The notes: generated by a model from the letters alone, not told the origin. DNA of 64,000 bases from an uncultured virus (IMG/VR IMGVR_UViG_3300030202_003905) (IMGVR_UViG_3300030202_003905); one strand, 5' to 3'; numbered from the stretch's first letter, positions 8,588-18,235 are shown. Program-made: numbers and translations.

Positions 8588-9879
8588 CCTACATTATTTA
8601 AGCCTTTGTAGTATTGCTTATACCGCAGCTTAAATCTCTTGTCAAAGAGTTTAAGGAATTCCTGAATATAATCAACAAACATTTCACCCCTTGCCCCTCT
8701 AGCTATATGTTCGGGATTAGCAGCTTCTTTAAAAATAGCAAAATCTGGAATTAATGGGAGATAATTCAACCAATCTTCTAAGTCATCACCAAAAAGCATA
8801 TCATATAAAAAGAATTCTATATTATAAAACTTTTGTAGAAGGTTAATAAAGAATTGATATCTTATCATCTTCATAGTTCTTTTGTCATTATCATAGACAT
8901 GGTCCATATATTCTTCATATGCTAATTCTATAGCCTTTTTAGTTTGTTTTCTTTCTTCGTCTGTCGGGGCTAATGAATATGGTATCTGTTTCCAATATCT
9001 TGTTCTCCATAAGTGAATATTATTGTTTTGAATTATATTATCTGGAGCTCTAGTTATCTTTATAGACGGTACCCCATTAACACTAAACTCTGAATCTCTT
9101 ATTGTTGAAAAAACCAACCCATCTAACGAAATACCTATACCCTTTTTATCTAAGATTAAATCTGTTAAATTTTGATTTTCGTATGTAATGAAATCGACGC
9201 TTAATTTCCTGCTTTTATTAATAGCATCAAAAACAATAGGCCTATTACTTGTGCTAGCACCACCATAAAAAACAAACTTACCTGATTTAAGTTTCTTTTT
9301 TGCTTTTTTTCTTTTTTCAATTTGTAATTCCGGGGTCTGGTGTCTTAAAGCGTAAAGTTTGTGGAAACTCTCACACATAAATCCTTGTTTACAAAATTTC
9401 ATATTATTAAACTTAGGAAAATACTTTTCGTCGCTTTCCGGTACGGCATGTCCAACAGTATGAAAAACCATATGATTATAATCTATATCGTCAGTGTACA
9501 TCCATGGGGGTTCTACATATATTTCTCCGTGGTAAAAATTTTCTTCTTTTTGAAAGTATACTATTATATTAGTTTCATCGAAACCATATTCTCTTAATTC
9601 TGTTTCTATTTTGCCTTTAAAATGAGGGTAGGTACCGTTTACATAACATTCCGGTATTACAATTTGTTTGGGTTTTAATCTTTCTAACTCTTTAAAAAAG
9701 AAATACCAATCAATATCATGAATTTTGCCACCTAACTCGGGTGAAATATAACCACCCATTTTATGTTCATAAACTATAGGGCCTTCTTCAGTTAAAAGAT
9801 AAACTGTATCGTAATTGAATATAGTGCAATCCGGTGAATGGAATTCACCCACTCTTGGGTGATATTTGACGAACCCCAT
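8584..9879 (-). CDS. Hypothetical protein, possibly GT-B glycosyltransferase-like
   Basis: 431-aa ORF; C-terminal half FVFYGG...R, ISLDG...RDSE...GVPSI weakly resembles a GT-B acceptor/donor domain. Confidence 0.4.
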   Translation of the reverse strand: MGFVKYHPRVGEFHSPDCTIFNYDTVYLLTEEGPIVYEHKMGGYISPELGGKIHDIDWYFFFKELERLKPKQIVIPECYVNGTYPHFKGKIETELREYGFDETNIIVYFQKEENFYHGEIYVEPPWMYTDDIDYNHMVFHTVGHAVPESDEKYFPKFNNMKFCKQGFMCESFHKLYALRHQTPELQIEKRKKAKKKLKSGKFVFYGGASTSNRPIVFDAINKSRKLSVDFITYENQNLTDLILDKKGIGISLDGLVFSTIRDSEFSVNGVPSIKITRAPDNIIQNNNIHLWRTRYWKQIPYSLAPTDEERKQTKKAIELAYEEYMDHVYDNDKRTMKMIRYQFFINLLQKFYNIEFFLYDMLFGDDLEDWLNYLPLIPDFAIFKEAANPEHIARGARGEMFVDYIQEFLKLFDKRFKLRYKQYYKGLNNVG

Positions 9880-9893
9880 GTTATTAGTTATTG

Positions 9894-11246
9894 TTATCTT
9901 CGAGCATTACCACCGGTGGCTCGACCAGGTCCGGGGTATTTAGAATAAGGGGTTCCACCTGGGTCTTTAGAACTTGCTGCATAATTGGTAGCTTGAGCAT
10001 TTGGGTATTCCATTCTACCATTACCATAATTTACACTTGGTGCTGATTGATCATCTTCGTCAGTAGATCTAAATCTACTAGTCATCCCATCTATAATAAA
10101 TTTACCCGTTATTTTATACATTGGAGACCCCGATATTCTTGAATCTTGTACTACAATACCTTCATGATCATTAGCAGCACCTAAAACTGATTTATAATTT
10201 GATAAAAGTTCGTCTCCTAATTTAATAGTTGCATGATATAGTAATGCACCATCAACTGCTTGTTGCATATCAGACTCTGAATAGTATTGATCTAAAGGTT
10301 GTTCACTTAAAACATTAAGATAATTTTGCTTACTTACTGCTCCAATTCTTTTACCTTCATTAGTGGTTAACATATAACCAAAAGGATTAATTGCACTACC
10401 TAACCAATTACCTAAAGGTTGAGTATTTTCTTCCTCGTTTGTAAAATTTATAGTAAATGGCTCAGATAGTACCTTTTTAAAATTTGGATGACCAGTAGTC
10501 TCTACGTCAGCTCTCGTAATAACATCAAACTTATAATGTTCTGCAATTGGTTCTACTATCTTAGCAAGTTCATCAAGTGCATCTTGGCTGTAATTTACTG
10601 GTTTTGAAGAGCCTTTTTCTAATTGTTCTTTTCCAGTAACTTGATTAGTTGTGGTTTGTCTTTGTATTCCGGGTCTTACTAATTGACCTTGTCTATTATA
10701 TTTTTCTAAAAATTGATTAATACCATGTAAAGCTAAAAAGTCCTGGTCACCATAATCAATAACGTTTGTGTGTCCTTGAACAAATTCAGCGTTTATAAAT
10801 TTTGTTGGATCATTCCATAACCCCAATTCTTCTAACTGCGGTCTAATAAGAGGTAAAGCTTCATTGAAAATGCTTAAAATTATTCTACCACTGTTTACCA
10901 TACCGTGAGGTGAACCATCTTTAGTAACAAATCTATCTTCTAATCTATCAACGGTTACACCATTAACATCTAATTCAGACATTGAACCTCTATCTAAAGC
11001 AAATTGTTTTTGTCCTTGTTCGTTTTCAATTAGTTTAATACTTACATTTGTTCCGTCGATCTTTATGGCACCACCGTCTTTGTTTAATACATCAACGGTA
11101 TCATCAAACTTTCTTATTAAATCATTTCCTGTTTTTACATCTGGAAGATCAAACGGGTGTGCCATATGACCAGCGGCACCGCCTTCGTTTAAAAGAATAT
11201 TACTTTTATAACTTTCAAATATTATTTCATGTTCAAAGTAGCTCAT
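9894..11246 (-). CDS. Ligase-superfamily nucleotidyltransferase-like protein (DUF6267-like)
   Basis: GGAAGHMAHPFD, KIDG (motif I KxDG), NAEFV, HEGIVV (motif IV) and YKITG (motif V). Confidence 0.65.
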   Translation of the reverse strand: MSYFEHEIIFESYKSNILLNEGGAAGHMAHPFDLPDVKTGNDLIRKFDDTVDVLNKDGGAIKIDGTNVSIKLIENEQGQKQFALDRGSMSELDVNGVTVDRLEDRFVTKDGSPHGMVNSGRIILSIFNEALPLIRPQLEELGLWNDPTKFINAEFVQGHTNVIDYGDQDFLALHGINQFLEKYNRQGQLVRPGIQRQTTTNQVTGKEQLEKGSSKPVNYSQDALDELAKIVEPIAEHYKFDVITRADVETTGHPNFKKVLSEPFTINFTNEEENTQPLGNWLGSAINPFGYMLTTNEGKRIGAVSKQNYLNVLSEQPLDQYYSESDMQQAVDGALLYHATIKLGDELLSNYKSVLGAANDHEGIVVQDSRISGSPMYKITGKFIIDGMTSRFRSTDEDDQSAPSVNYGNGRMEYPNAQATNYAASSKDPGGTPYSKYPGPGRATGGNARR

Positions 11247-12760
11247 GCTTTTAGTGATAGTGGTATTCCTTTCGACATTTGATCATCGAGTCCAAGAGAT
11301 ATTCCTAACTTCGACCCTAGAGCACCTATTTCCTCAAAGATTGAAGGTATATCTTCTACTAAATTATTTGTAAATTGAAAGGTGTAACAATTAAGAGTTT
11401 TGTCGTTCATATAGACTAGATATTTAAATTGGTGGTGCTGAGCATATGTAGTCAAATGTAAAGTTGCAATTATTTTCTTAAGAGTGTTTTGATCATTATC
11501 AAACATTAATTTATCAATTGCATCATCTTGTAATATAGAATTAAGAGCGATTTTAACATCGTTCATACTGTTATCACTCAAATCATGATTAACCATTAGA
11601 GTCAAAGAATCAATATATTCATCTCTTGACAAACCATAATCATTTAGATATCCATTTTGAACTACTTGATTCCATGTTGGATTATCTTTTTTGGTTAATA
11701 CTCTATTATCTTTTGCATCAATATAAGTTTGTAGAGCATCAACATATTTGTTTAAATGATTTTCTATAGAAGTAGCCGTTCTTTTATCGTATCGTTTTGG
11801 ATCGTATAAATCATTTTGTATTTTTGATACAAATCTCATTAATGATTCTTGATGCATATCATTTCTTGTATCAGATATAGCACCTATAGATTCTATTGCG
11901 CCTTCAAGTTGGTTATCAAATTGATCAATATCCTGATTATGTAATTTATCAATTAGTTTTTTAATTGGTATTAATAATTTTTCTCTTGCACCTATAACCT
12001 TTTTATGAGCTGATTGAATACCTTGCCCTGTATGAATTGATTTACCTTTATCTAATAAAAATTCTGGTAGTTTAGTCCTTGCTTGAAAAGCTCTATCTTG
12101 TGAACCCGGTCTACCATCTAGACCTTTTAATTCTACCTCACCTAGTGATGGAAAATCTAAATCTCCAGATTCACCTTTTATACCATTTGAAAACATTGTC
12201 ATTAATAATTCGCCTTTACCAACTCCAACATTGTTTATTTTGAAACTATAATTGTATAATGAATGCATTAGTTCCTCAACATTAGAAAAACACGCCCCTA
12301 CTACTGGAGCTAATACAGCACCTAAATTCCAAATACCTGCTTCACCAATTTGTGAACCATTCTCTTGAATTGCATTTTCTAATCCTGGTAACCCAAGCCT
12401 AGCTACTTTTTCTTGAGCTAGTATGGATATTGCCTCACCGTCTGTATCTGATTTATTATGAATAATATGAATAACGGTTTCTAATAAATCTTTATATTCT
12501 TTATTACTTTGATCCCATTTTGATGCTCTTAAAATAGTATCCACATCTTTTGTCCATCCATCAGTTCCTTTACTTGATATTTGTCTTTTTAAAACTTTAA
12601 AATAAGCATCGTCTACTGTTCCTATTTTTTCTGGATCACCAATACCATCAACATCAGCAAATATAGCAACGTTTTCTCTTATTGCACGTCTTGGTACTTT
12701 CGGTACCGGCTTATAAGCAATGGCACTATAAACTTCATCTAGTGGTATATATTTTTTCAT
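11243..12760 (-). CDS. PD-(D/E)XK nuclease-like protein
   Basis: GVGKGELLM...GDLDF...EVELKG, a restriction-endonuclease-like E...D...ExK arrangement. Confidence 0.55.
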   Translation of the reverse strand: MKKYIPLDEVYSAIAYKPVPKVPRRAIRENVAIFADVDGIGDPEKIGTVDDAYFKVLKRQISSKGTDGWTKDVDTILRASKWDQSNKEYKDLLETVIHIIHNKSDTDGEAISILAQEKVARLGLPGLENAIQENGSQIGEAGIWNLGAVLAPVVGACFSNVEELMHSLYNYSFKINNVGVGKGELLMTMFSNGIKGESGDLDFPSLGEVELKGLDGRPGSQDRAFQARTKLPEFLLDKGKSIHTGQGIQSAHKKVIGAREKLLIPIKKLIDKLHNQDIDQFDNQLEGAIESIGAISDTRNDMHQESLMRFVSKIQNDLYDPKRYDKRTATSIENHLNKYVDALQTYIDAKDNRVLTKKDNPTWNQVVQNGYLNDYGLSRDEYIDSLTLMVNHDLSDNSMNDVKIALNSILQDDAIDKLMFDNDQNTLKKIIATLHLTTYAQHHQFKYLVYMNDKTLNCYTFQFTNNLVEDIPSIFEEIGALGSKLGISLGLDDQMSKGIPLSLKA

Positions 12761-13116
12761 TAATAGTTAATATCAGGATCGTCAGTATATGTGTTCAAAT
12801 AAGTTCTTATTTTTGATAGCATTTGCCGGCCATTATTTTCATTAATCTCCGTATCAAGCAATTCTGGAGGTATGGTACCCTCAGTAGGGTTGACGACTAA
12901 AGCTTTCAAAATTAAACGAATGAGTTCAACTTCACCTTCTGAGGTAAGTTTTTGAAATTCTGGTTCTGGTTCTGTAATAGTTTCTGTTTGTTGAACATCT
13001 ACTACTTCTTCGCCAGGTACAGGTGCTAAGGGTGGTTCCATTGGAGGTACCTGCTCATTTAACACACCGTGTTTATTTTTTATTATTTTGAAAAATTTAC
13101 TTCTTAATGTAATCAT
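12760..13116 (-). CDS. Hypothetical protein (Pro/Glu-rich)
   Basis: 118-aa ORF in a tightly coupled minus-strand run. Confidence 0.65.
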   Translation of the reverse strand: MITLRSKFFKIIKNKHGVLNEQVPPMEPPLAPVPGEEVVDVQQTETITEPEPEFQKLTSEGEVELIRLILKALVVNPTEGTIPPELLDTEINENNGRQMLSKIRTYLNTYTDDPDINY

Positions 13117-13556
13117 GACAATTTACTTGTTACGTCCCTTATTTTATTAACTACTTTACCATGAAGATCTTGAGTAGCTTGAGCAACCTCAGGAGACTTT
13201 AATTGCTTACCTAAAGATAATGCCTTTTGTAAATCAGATGTATTTACATCATCAAAAGCTTCATTTCCAGCTTCAGTTTCATCAGTCCCACCTTCCATAT
13301 CTTCATATTCTTCATCAGTACCACCTAATTCCGGTGTATTAATACCTGCTTCTCTTGCTAATGCCGCAAGCTCCATGTAATTATCATGGTAGATTCCCAT
13401 TAGTTGCTCATTTTCGCCGTATGAAGTGGTTCCTAAAGCATCATATGCTACTTTGATTGCTCTTTTTAAAACTTCCGCCGGTACTTGAACGTGGCGCGCT
13501 TCTTCTGATACAAGATATGTATTATAACCTTCTCGTATTGCATTATCGAACTTCAT
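13113..13556 (-). CDS. Hypothetical acidic protein
   Basis: 147-aa ORF; TAAATA 6 nt upstream. Confidence 0.65.
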   Translation of the reverse strand: MKFDNAIREGYNTYLVSEEARHVQVPAEVLKRAIKVAYDALGTTSYGENEQLMGIYHDNYMELAALAREAGINTPELGGTDEEYEDMEGGTDETEAGNEAFDDVNTSDLQKALSLGKQLKSPEVAQATQDLHGKVVNKIRDVTSKLS

Positions 13557-13565
13557 TTTATATAT

Positions 13566-14135
13566 TTATTTGAAAATCAATTGTTTTGTCTTGATATTGT
13601 CAAAATATTCGTTTGAAAGAAAATTTAATTCATATTTAGTTGCAAATTTTTTAACTTTTTCAAATGTAAAGTTTTCTATTTTAAATTTAGATAGTGTTGA
13701 ATTAATTTTCATAACTGTGCCTTTAGCTCTTCCATCGTTTAACTTTACAAGCTCTTTAAAGTAAGGTAAGCTCCTCATCGATATCACAACCTTTATAGGT
13801 AAAACACTTCTTAATTTCAATAACAATTTTGTAAGAATATCTAGATAGCTTTGTTCACTAACGTAATTTAATATTTCACTTTCATAAAACTGTGTATTAT
13901 TGAAATAAACTATTACCTTGTTATTGGTTTTAATTTTATTGATATAATCTACTGTACCTTTAATTGAATGATGAAAGAATAATTTTTTAATATCTTTATT
14001 TTGAAATCCTTTTTCTTTAAATGTATCTATCAATAAACTATTATGAATTTCATCTAATAAATCTTTATCGAACTTTTTATGAATGTCTTGAAAGTCGATA
14101 AGAGTTATATTGTATTGTGAAAGATTAAATCTCAC
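13566..14135 (-). CDS. Hypothetical protein
   Basis: 189-aa ORF; TTGATA-N17-TATAAT-N6-GTG promoter upstream on the minus strand. Confidence 0.65.
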   Translation of the reverse strand: MRFNLSQYNITLIDFQDIHKKFDKDLLDEIHNSLLIDTFKEKGFQNKDIKKLFFHHSIKGTVDYINKIKTNNKVIVYFNNTQFYESEILNYVSEQSYLDILTKLLLKLRSVLPIKVVISMRSLPYFKELVKLNDGRAKGTVMKINSTLSKFKIENFTFEKVKKFATKYELNFLSNEYFDNIKTKQLIFK

Positions 14136-14166
14136 TCAAACATTATAAATTGTAGATTGTAAATTA

Positions 14167-14577
14167 TCAACTCTTTTTTATTTTACCCAATCTTAAATTA
14201 ATTATACCGTTGTAATAATTTTCATTTAATAATACATCATGATCAAATTGCATTTTGGCTTCATAATAAGCTAACTCACTTTTGCTTTGACAAAATCTTA
14301 TTATTTCAAATTTAAATTTATCTTTCCCCAATGTATTAATATCTTCGTTTAATTTGTCTGAAGAACCTGTATATGTTTTCCAATCTGTTTCTTTTACAAC
14401 GTGCCTTTTATTTTTTCTACCCTTAAGAGGAGGACGTTTTAATATAGTTGATGATTGTTTCTTACCGATATATTTTCTACTATTTGTTGTATTTGTAATT
14501 ATGTAAATAAAACCGTAGAATGTGTTCGGTATCTCTTTCTCTTCGAGATTATAAGTCCAATGACCGTAGTTATCCAC
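14167..14577 (-). CDS. Stand-alone GIY-YIG endonuclease
   Basis: YGFIYIITNTTNSRKYIGKKQ, YTGSS, E and YYN motifs; about 136 aa with no DNA-binding tail. GTG 14577 preferred as start. Confidence 0.85.
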   Translation of the reverse strand: MDNYGHWTYNLEEKEIPNTFYGFIYIITNTTNSRKYIGKKQSSTILKRPPLKGRKNKRHVVKETDWKTYTGSSDKLNEDINTLGKDKFKFEIIRFCQSKSELAYYEAKMQFDHDVLLNENYYNGIINLRLGKIKKS

Positions 14578-14585
14578 CAAATAAT

Positions 14586-14828
14586 TTATTTCTTTTTGGA
14601 TTTTGTTCTACTCTTTTTCTTTTTCTTTTTCTTCTTTTTTGATACACCGGCTCTTCTTTGCATTGCACCAAGAGCAAAAGGTCTTCTAGCATCACCAGGA
14701 GCATATAAACCTGGACCAGAAAATTGAGATTGATCCCAACTACCTAACACACCACCAGATCCAGCGACGTTACCTCCGTCTTCTTCTGATAACAAAGCTT
14801 TTAAAAATGCGTTTTGGTAGATTGACAT
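14586..14828 (-). CDS. Small protein with poly-Lys tail, possible internal head/DNA-binding protein
   Basis: MSIYQNAFLKALLSEE...YAPGDARRP...KKKKKKKKSRTKSKKK. Confidence 0.6.
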   Translation of the reverse strand: MSIYQNAFLKALLSEEDGGNVAGSGGVLGSWDQSQFSGPGLYAPGDARRPFALGAMQRRAGVSKKKKKKKKKSRTKSKKK

Positions 14829-14857
14829 TAGCTGATTTAAGTAATAATATTTAATAG

Positions 14858-15256
14858 ATGTCTGAAATTATACACAAGTACCAAGAAGAACTTAATGAGC
14901 ATTTGGTAATAGATGAATTTACCTTAAAAGATGTACAATTACAACTTCCCGGTAGAAGACATATTTGGGTTGGTCGATTAATGAGACACAAACACGAAGT
15001 AAACCAACTCAAAAAACAAAAAATTGCAAGCCTTGCAGATCTTACGGGTAAAATCCAAGAACAAAGTAATGTAAGATTATCTACACCGGCTGCTGAAAAA
15101 GTTGCTGAAAATTCCGAAATAGTAAAGAAAATAAATAGCAATATACAAGAACAGTACCTGGTAATTGAATATCTCGAAAAAGTAGAAAAAATTATGGGGT
15201 CGATCGGGTTTGATATAAGAAATATTATAGAAATACAAAAACTTGAAACGCAATGA
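14858..15256 (+). CDS. uvsY: Recombination mediator UvsY
   Basis: 132-aa helical protein ending EYLEKVEKIMGSIGFDIRNIIEIQKLE, like the UvsY C-terminus; uvsW nearby. Confidence 0.75.
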   Translation: MSEIIHKYQEELNEHLVIDEFTLKDVQLQLPGRRHIWVGRLMRHKHEVNQLKKQKIASLADLTGKIQEQSNVRLSTPAAEKVAENSEIVKKINSNIQEQYLVIEYLEKVEKIMGSIGFDIRNIIEIQKLETQ

Positions 15257-15732
15257 TTGAAATAAGATTGATACTATTTGATATTGATGGGGTTTTAACG
15301 GACGGAACAGCTGCATACAATGAAAAGGGTGAAGTTATATCCAAAAGTTATAATCAAAAGGATATTACAGCTTTGAGACGGTTTCAAAATGAGTTAGGAA
15401 TTAATATAGCTTTATTTTCTGGTAGTTTAGACATTAATCCAGCATTTGCCGAAAGAAGAAAGTTCGATTTCATTAGTGTAAAACATAGATTTGGTGAAAA
15501 TAAGTCTACCAAGTTAAATGATATATGTTTTGACTATAATACACCCAAATCACAAGTAGCATTTGTGGGTGATGATGTACAAGACTTGGATATAATGAAA
15601 GAAGTTGAATATGCTTTTTGTCCTAAAGATGCTATTCCAGAAGTACAAAAAATATCATGTGTTTTACCTGTAAATGGTGGTTGTGGTGTTGCAGCTCATT
15701 TATTTGAATATATTAAAAACACGAATAACTAA
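15253..15732 (+). CDS. KdsC-like HAD phosphatase
   Basis: LFDIDGVLTDG, FVGDDVQDL, CPKDA and GGCG. Confidence 0.85.
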   Translation: MIEIRLILFDIDGVLTDGTAAYNEKGEVISKSYNQKDITALRRFQNELGINIALFSGSLDINPAFAERRKFDFISVKHRFGENKSTKLNDICFDYNTPKSQVAFVGDDVQDLDIMKEVEYAFCPKDAIPEVQKISCVLPVNGGCGVAAHLFEYIKNTNN

Positions 15733-15738
15733 TAAAGA

Positions 15739-16455
15739 ATGAACGTTGTTATTCCAATGGCTGGCAAGTCAACAGCTTTTAAAGAAGCTGGAATTGAAAC
15801 ACCCAAACCTTTTCTTGATATTAAAGGAAAAACCATGGTTCAACGGGCTTATGAAAGTATTGGTATAGATGCTAACTACTATTTTATAATTTTAAGAGAA
15901 CACGAAGAAAAATATGGTGTATATGACTTAATTCATAAGTTTTGCCCTGATGCTAAAGTGTTATACGTTGAAGAAGTCACAAGTGGACCGGCGGAAACGC
16001 TTTTTGTCAGTAAAAAATTTATTCCTAACAATGAACCCATTATACAAACTAACGTGGATCAAATTCTAGATTGGGAACCAAAACGGTTTTTACAATATAT
16101 TAAAAAAGAAAAACCAGATAGCGCAGTAGTAACAAAATATACAGTAGACCCTCATTATAGTTTTATAAGAGTTGATCAATTTAATAACGGTGAGTTATTA
16201 AAAGAAAAAGAAGTGTGCTCTTGTCATGGGTTAATTGGTACTCATTACTGGAAAAAAGCTAAATACTTTTTTGATTCTTTTCTTGGAGCTAAAAAGAAAG
16301 GATATAGATATAATGACGAAATTTACGTTTCGTTAACTTTTAATGATCTTATAGATCGTGGTTTAACTGTTAAAAATTATTGTTTAAAGCAACATGAAAT
16401 ACAACATGTTATAGGAAGCCCGGATGAACTTAAAATATATGAAGGGAAACTTTGA
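15739..16455 (+). CDS. Sugar-phosphate nucleotidyltransferase (GT-A fold)
   Basis: NVVIPMAG, PKPFLDIKGKTM, TSGPAET, NVDQ, EK and EIYVS. Confidence 0.8.
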   Translation: MNVVIPMAGKSTAFKEAGIETPKPFLDIKGKTMVQRAYESIGIDANYYFIILREHEEKYGVYDLIHKFCPDAKVLYVEEVTSGPAETLFVSKKFIPNNEPIIQTNVDQILDWEPKRFLQYIKKEKPDSAVVTKYTVDPHYSFIRVDQFNNGELLKEKEVCSCHGLIGTHYWKKAKYFFDSFLGAKKKGYRYNDEIYVSLTFNDLIDRGLTVKNYCLKQHEIQHVIGSPDELKIYEGKL

Positions 16456-17248
16456 TTGTTCGATACTTGTTTTAAGTTCTGATGCATATCAGCCAATACT
16501 TAAAATATGGGACTTTTATCATCAGAAAAACTGGAAATGCCCGTACAACGTCTATACCGTTTCAAATAAAAAACACTATGAAAGTAAAAATGTAGAATGT
16601 ATTGTTACTGGTGTTAAGTGGGAAGAAAATGCTTCTCATTTTAAACCTATGGTACTACAAGGTCTTAAAAAAATCACCACCAAATATGTGTTGTTTATGG
16701 TGGAAGATCAAATAATAGTTAATCCAGTTATATCAGAAAACTTCTACCACGCTCTAAATTTTATGGAACGTAATGACATCACCAAACTTCGTTGTTTATC
16801 AATGCCCGAACCAGACTTACCACTAGAAGGTAATCCTGAAGGACCTATAACTAATGAAAACTTTGGAATGATATCTAAAAATAACGAATATAGAAATTCA
16901 TTACAAGCAGCAATATGGAACAAAGAAAGAATTACTGAACTTTTAAACAGTACCGAGGGTGATTTTTCGGGGTGGCATTTAGAAACAGATAAAACCTTAA
17001 AAAAATATTCTAAAAAATGGAAATATGTTGCATGTCGACAAGGTAAAGGTGGTACATTGTTAAGTAGAAACGAAGGACAAACAGATTCCCCGTTGTTACA
17101 ATATGTAGAACTAGTAAGGTGGGGTAAATTAGACAGGCTTTACTATGATTACTTCAAAGAAATGTTTGAAAAAGATGGAATAGACGTAACCTCTAAGGAA
17201 TACGAACCATTTGGAGGTAATTTAACTAAGGAAGAACTACCAGAATAG
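16439..17248 (+). CDS. Putative glycosyltransferase (GT-A-like)
   Basis: SILVLSSDAY, YVLFMVED, SLQAAIW and W-x-x-E; overlaps the nucleotidyltransferase gene. Confidence 0.55.
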   Translation: MKGNFDCSILVLSSDAYQPILKIWDFYHQKNWKCPYNVYTVSNKKHYESKNVECIVTGVKWEENASHFKPMVLQGLKKITTKYVLFMVEDQIIVNPVISENFYHALNFMERNDITKLRCLSMPEPDLPLEGNPEGPITNENFGMISKNNEYRNSLQAAIWNKERITELLNSTEGDFSGWHLETDKTLKKYSKKWKYVACRQGKGGTLLSRNEGQTDSPLLQYVELVRWGKLDRLYYDYFKEMFEKDGIDVTSKEYEPFGGNLTKEELPE

Positions 17249-17262
17249 ATTAAATAAGTGTC

Positions 17263-17571
17263 ATGAACACTATTAGAAGGATTGGCGTATGGTCCTGTGC
17301 AAAGGTATACGCAGTGGTAGGGTTATTAACAGGAGGCCTTTTAGGAGGTTTAATTATCCTTGCTACTTTATTCGGTGGAGCTGCCGGTATGGCTAGCGGC
17401 TTAACAGGAATGGAAGCAGGAACAGGTATTGCTGGTGCATTATTGGCTACCGGTTTTATGATTGTTGCATATGGCATCGGTGGTTTAGTAGCCGGTGTAT
17501 TTACTGCATTATTTGGTAATTTAGCTCTTAAACTATGCGGAGGGTTAGAAATAAAAATTGATGCCCCTTAA
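17263..17571 (+). CDS. DUF3566-like two-TM membrane protein
   Basis: IRRIGVWSCAKV, Gly/Ala-rich TM helices, C-terminal GGLEI. Confidence 0.6.
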   Translation: MNTIRRIGVWSCAKVYAVVGLLTGGLLGGLIILATLFGGAAGMASGLTGMEAGTGIAGALLATGFMIVAYGIGGLVAGVFTALFGNLALKLCGGLEIKIDAP

Positions 17572-17604
17572 TAAAAACAGGGAGTTTCCATTAAATAGAT
17601 AGCA

Positions 17605-17895
17605 ATGAAAAAACTACATAAAGTCGGGGTGCTGTCATTAGCAAACATACTAGCGTTGCTTGGGGCATTAACAGGAGCAATTAAGGTCGCGGTTTTTCCA
17701 GTATTAGCTTTAGTAGCTGGTGGTGGTTTAGGTGATCTTGATGCTGCAATTAACACAATCGGGGAATCCGTTACAGCTAACATTAAAGATGTTATATCAT
17801 TTGCTGTTGCAGGGTGGCTCGGTGGAGCAGTTTATGGGTATCTCATAAACATAGTATTGGGTTGGCGTGATGGATTAGATGTAGAAGTTAAGTAA
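17605..17895 (+). CDS. DUF3566-like membrane protein, paralog of 17263..17571
   Basis: LHKVGVLSLANI, TM helices, C-terminal DGLDVEV. Confidence 0.55.
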   Translation: MKKLHKVGVLSLANILALLGALTGAIKVAVFPVLALVAGGGLGDLDAAINTIGESVTANIKDVISFAVAGWLGGAVYGYLINIVLGWRDGLDVEVK

Positions 17896-18187
17896 CTTTA
17901 TCAATTATTTGATGTACGTTATCCCAGGACACCCTGTCTATTATTAGGCAGGGTTGTTTTTTCTTAGTAACCGATATTCTATAACCATACACTTGTTCAT
18001 GTGGACATACTATTTCATTTACAAAATCCCACAAATGGGTTCTTTTTAACCAGTGAAAATACATATCTTTGTTTTCTCTTTTAGCTTCTAAAATAAATTC
18101 TTGTTGTGAAACCAATAGAAGGGCTCTTAGCGCACCGCTTTCGGAAGGTGGTTCAACTATCCCTTCGAAGAATATAAAGGGTACCAT
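17888..18187 (-). CDS. Hypothetical protein
   Basis: 99-aa ORF; TAAATA 5 nt upstream of ATG. Confidence 0.55.
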   Translation of the reverse strand: MVPFIFFEGIVEPPSESGALRALLLVSQQEFILEAKRENKDMYFHWLKRTHLWDFVNEIVCPHEQVYGYRISVTKKKQPCLIIDRVSWDNVHQIIDKVT

Positions 18188-18200
18188 TTAAATATTTATC

Positions 18201-18228
18201 TTGAAAACCCTAGTTAATTTCATATAAT
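18201..18228 (+). promoter_or_regulatory. Sigma70-like promoter of uvsW (TTGAAA-N16-TATAAT-N7-ATG)
   Basis: Near-consensus hexamers read directly. Confidence 0.75.
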
Positions 18229-18235
18229 TAAAACA

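Noticed and set aside
14590..14640. T-rich tract as a terminator or microsatellite
   Set aside because: It is the poly-Lys coding region of the minus-strand gene and has no GC stem.
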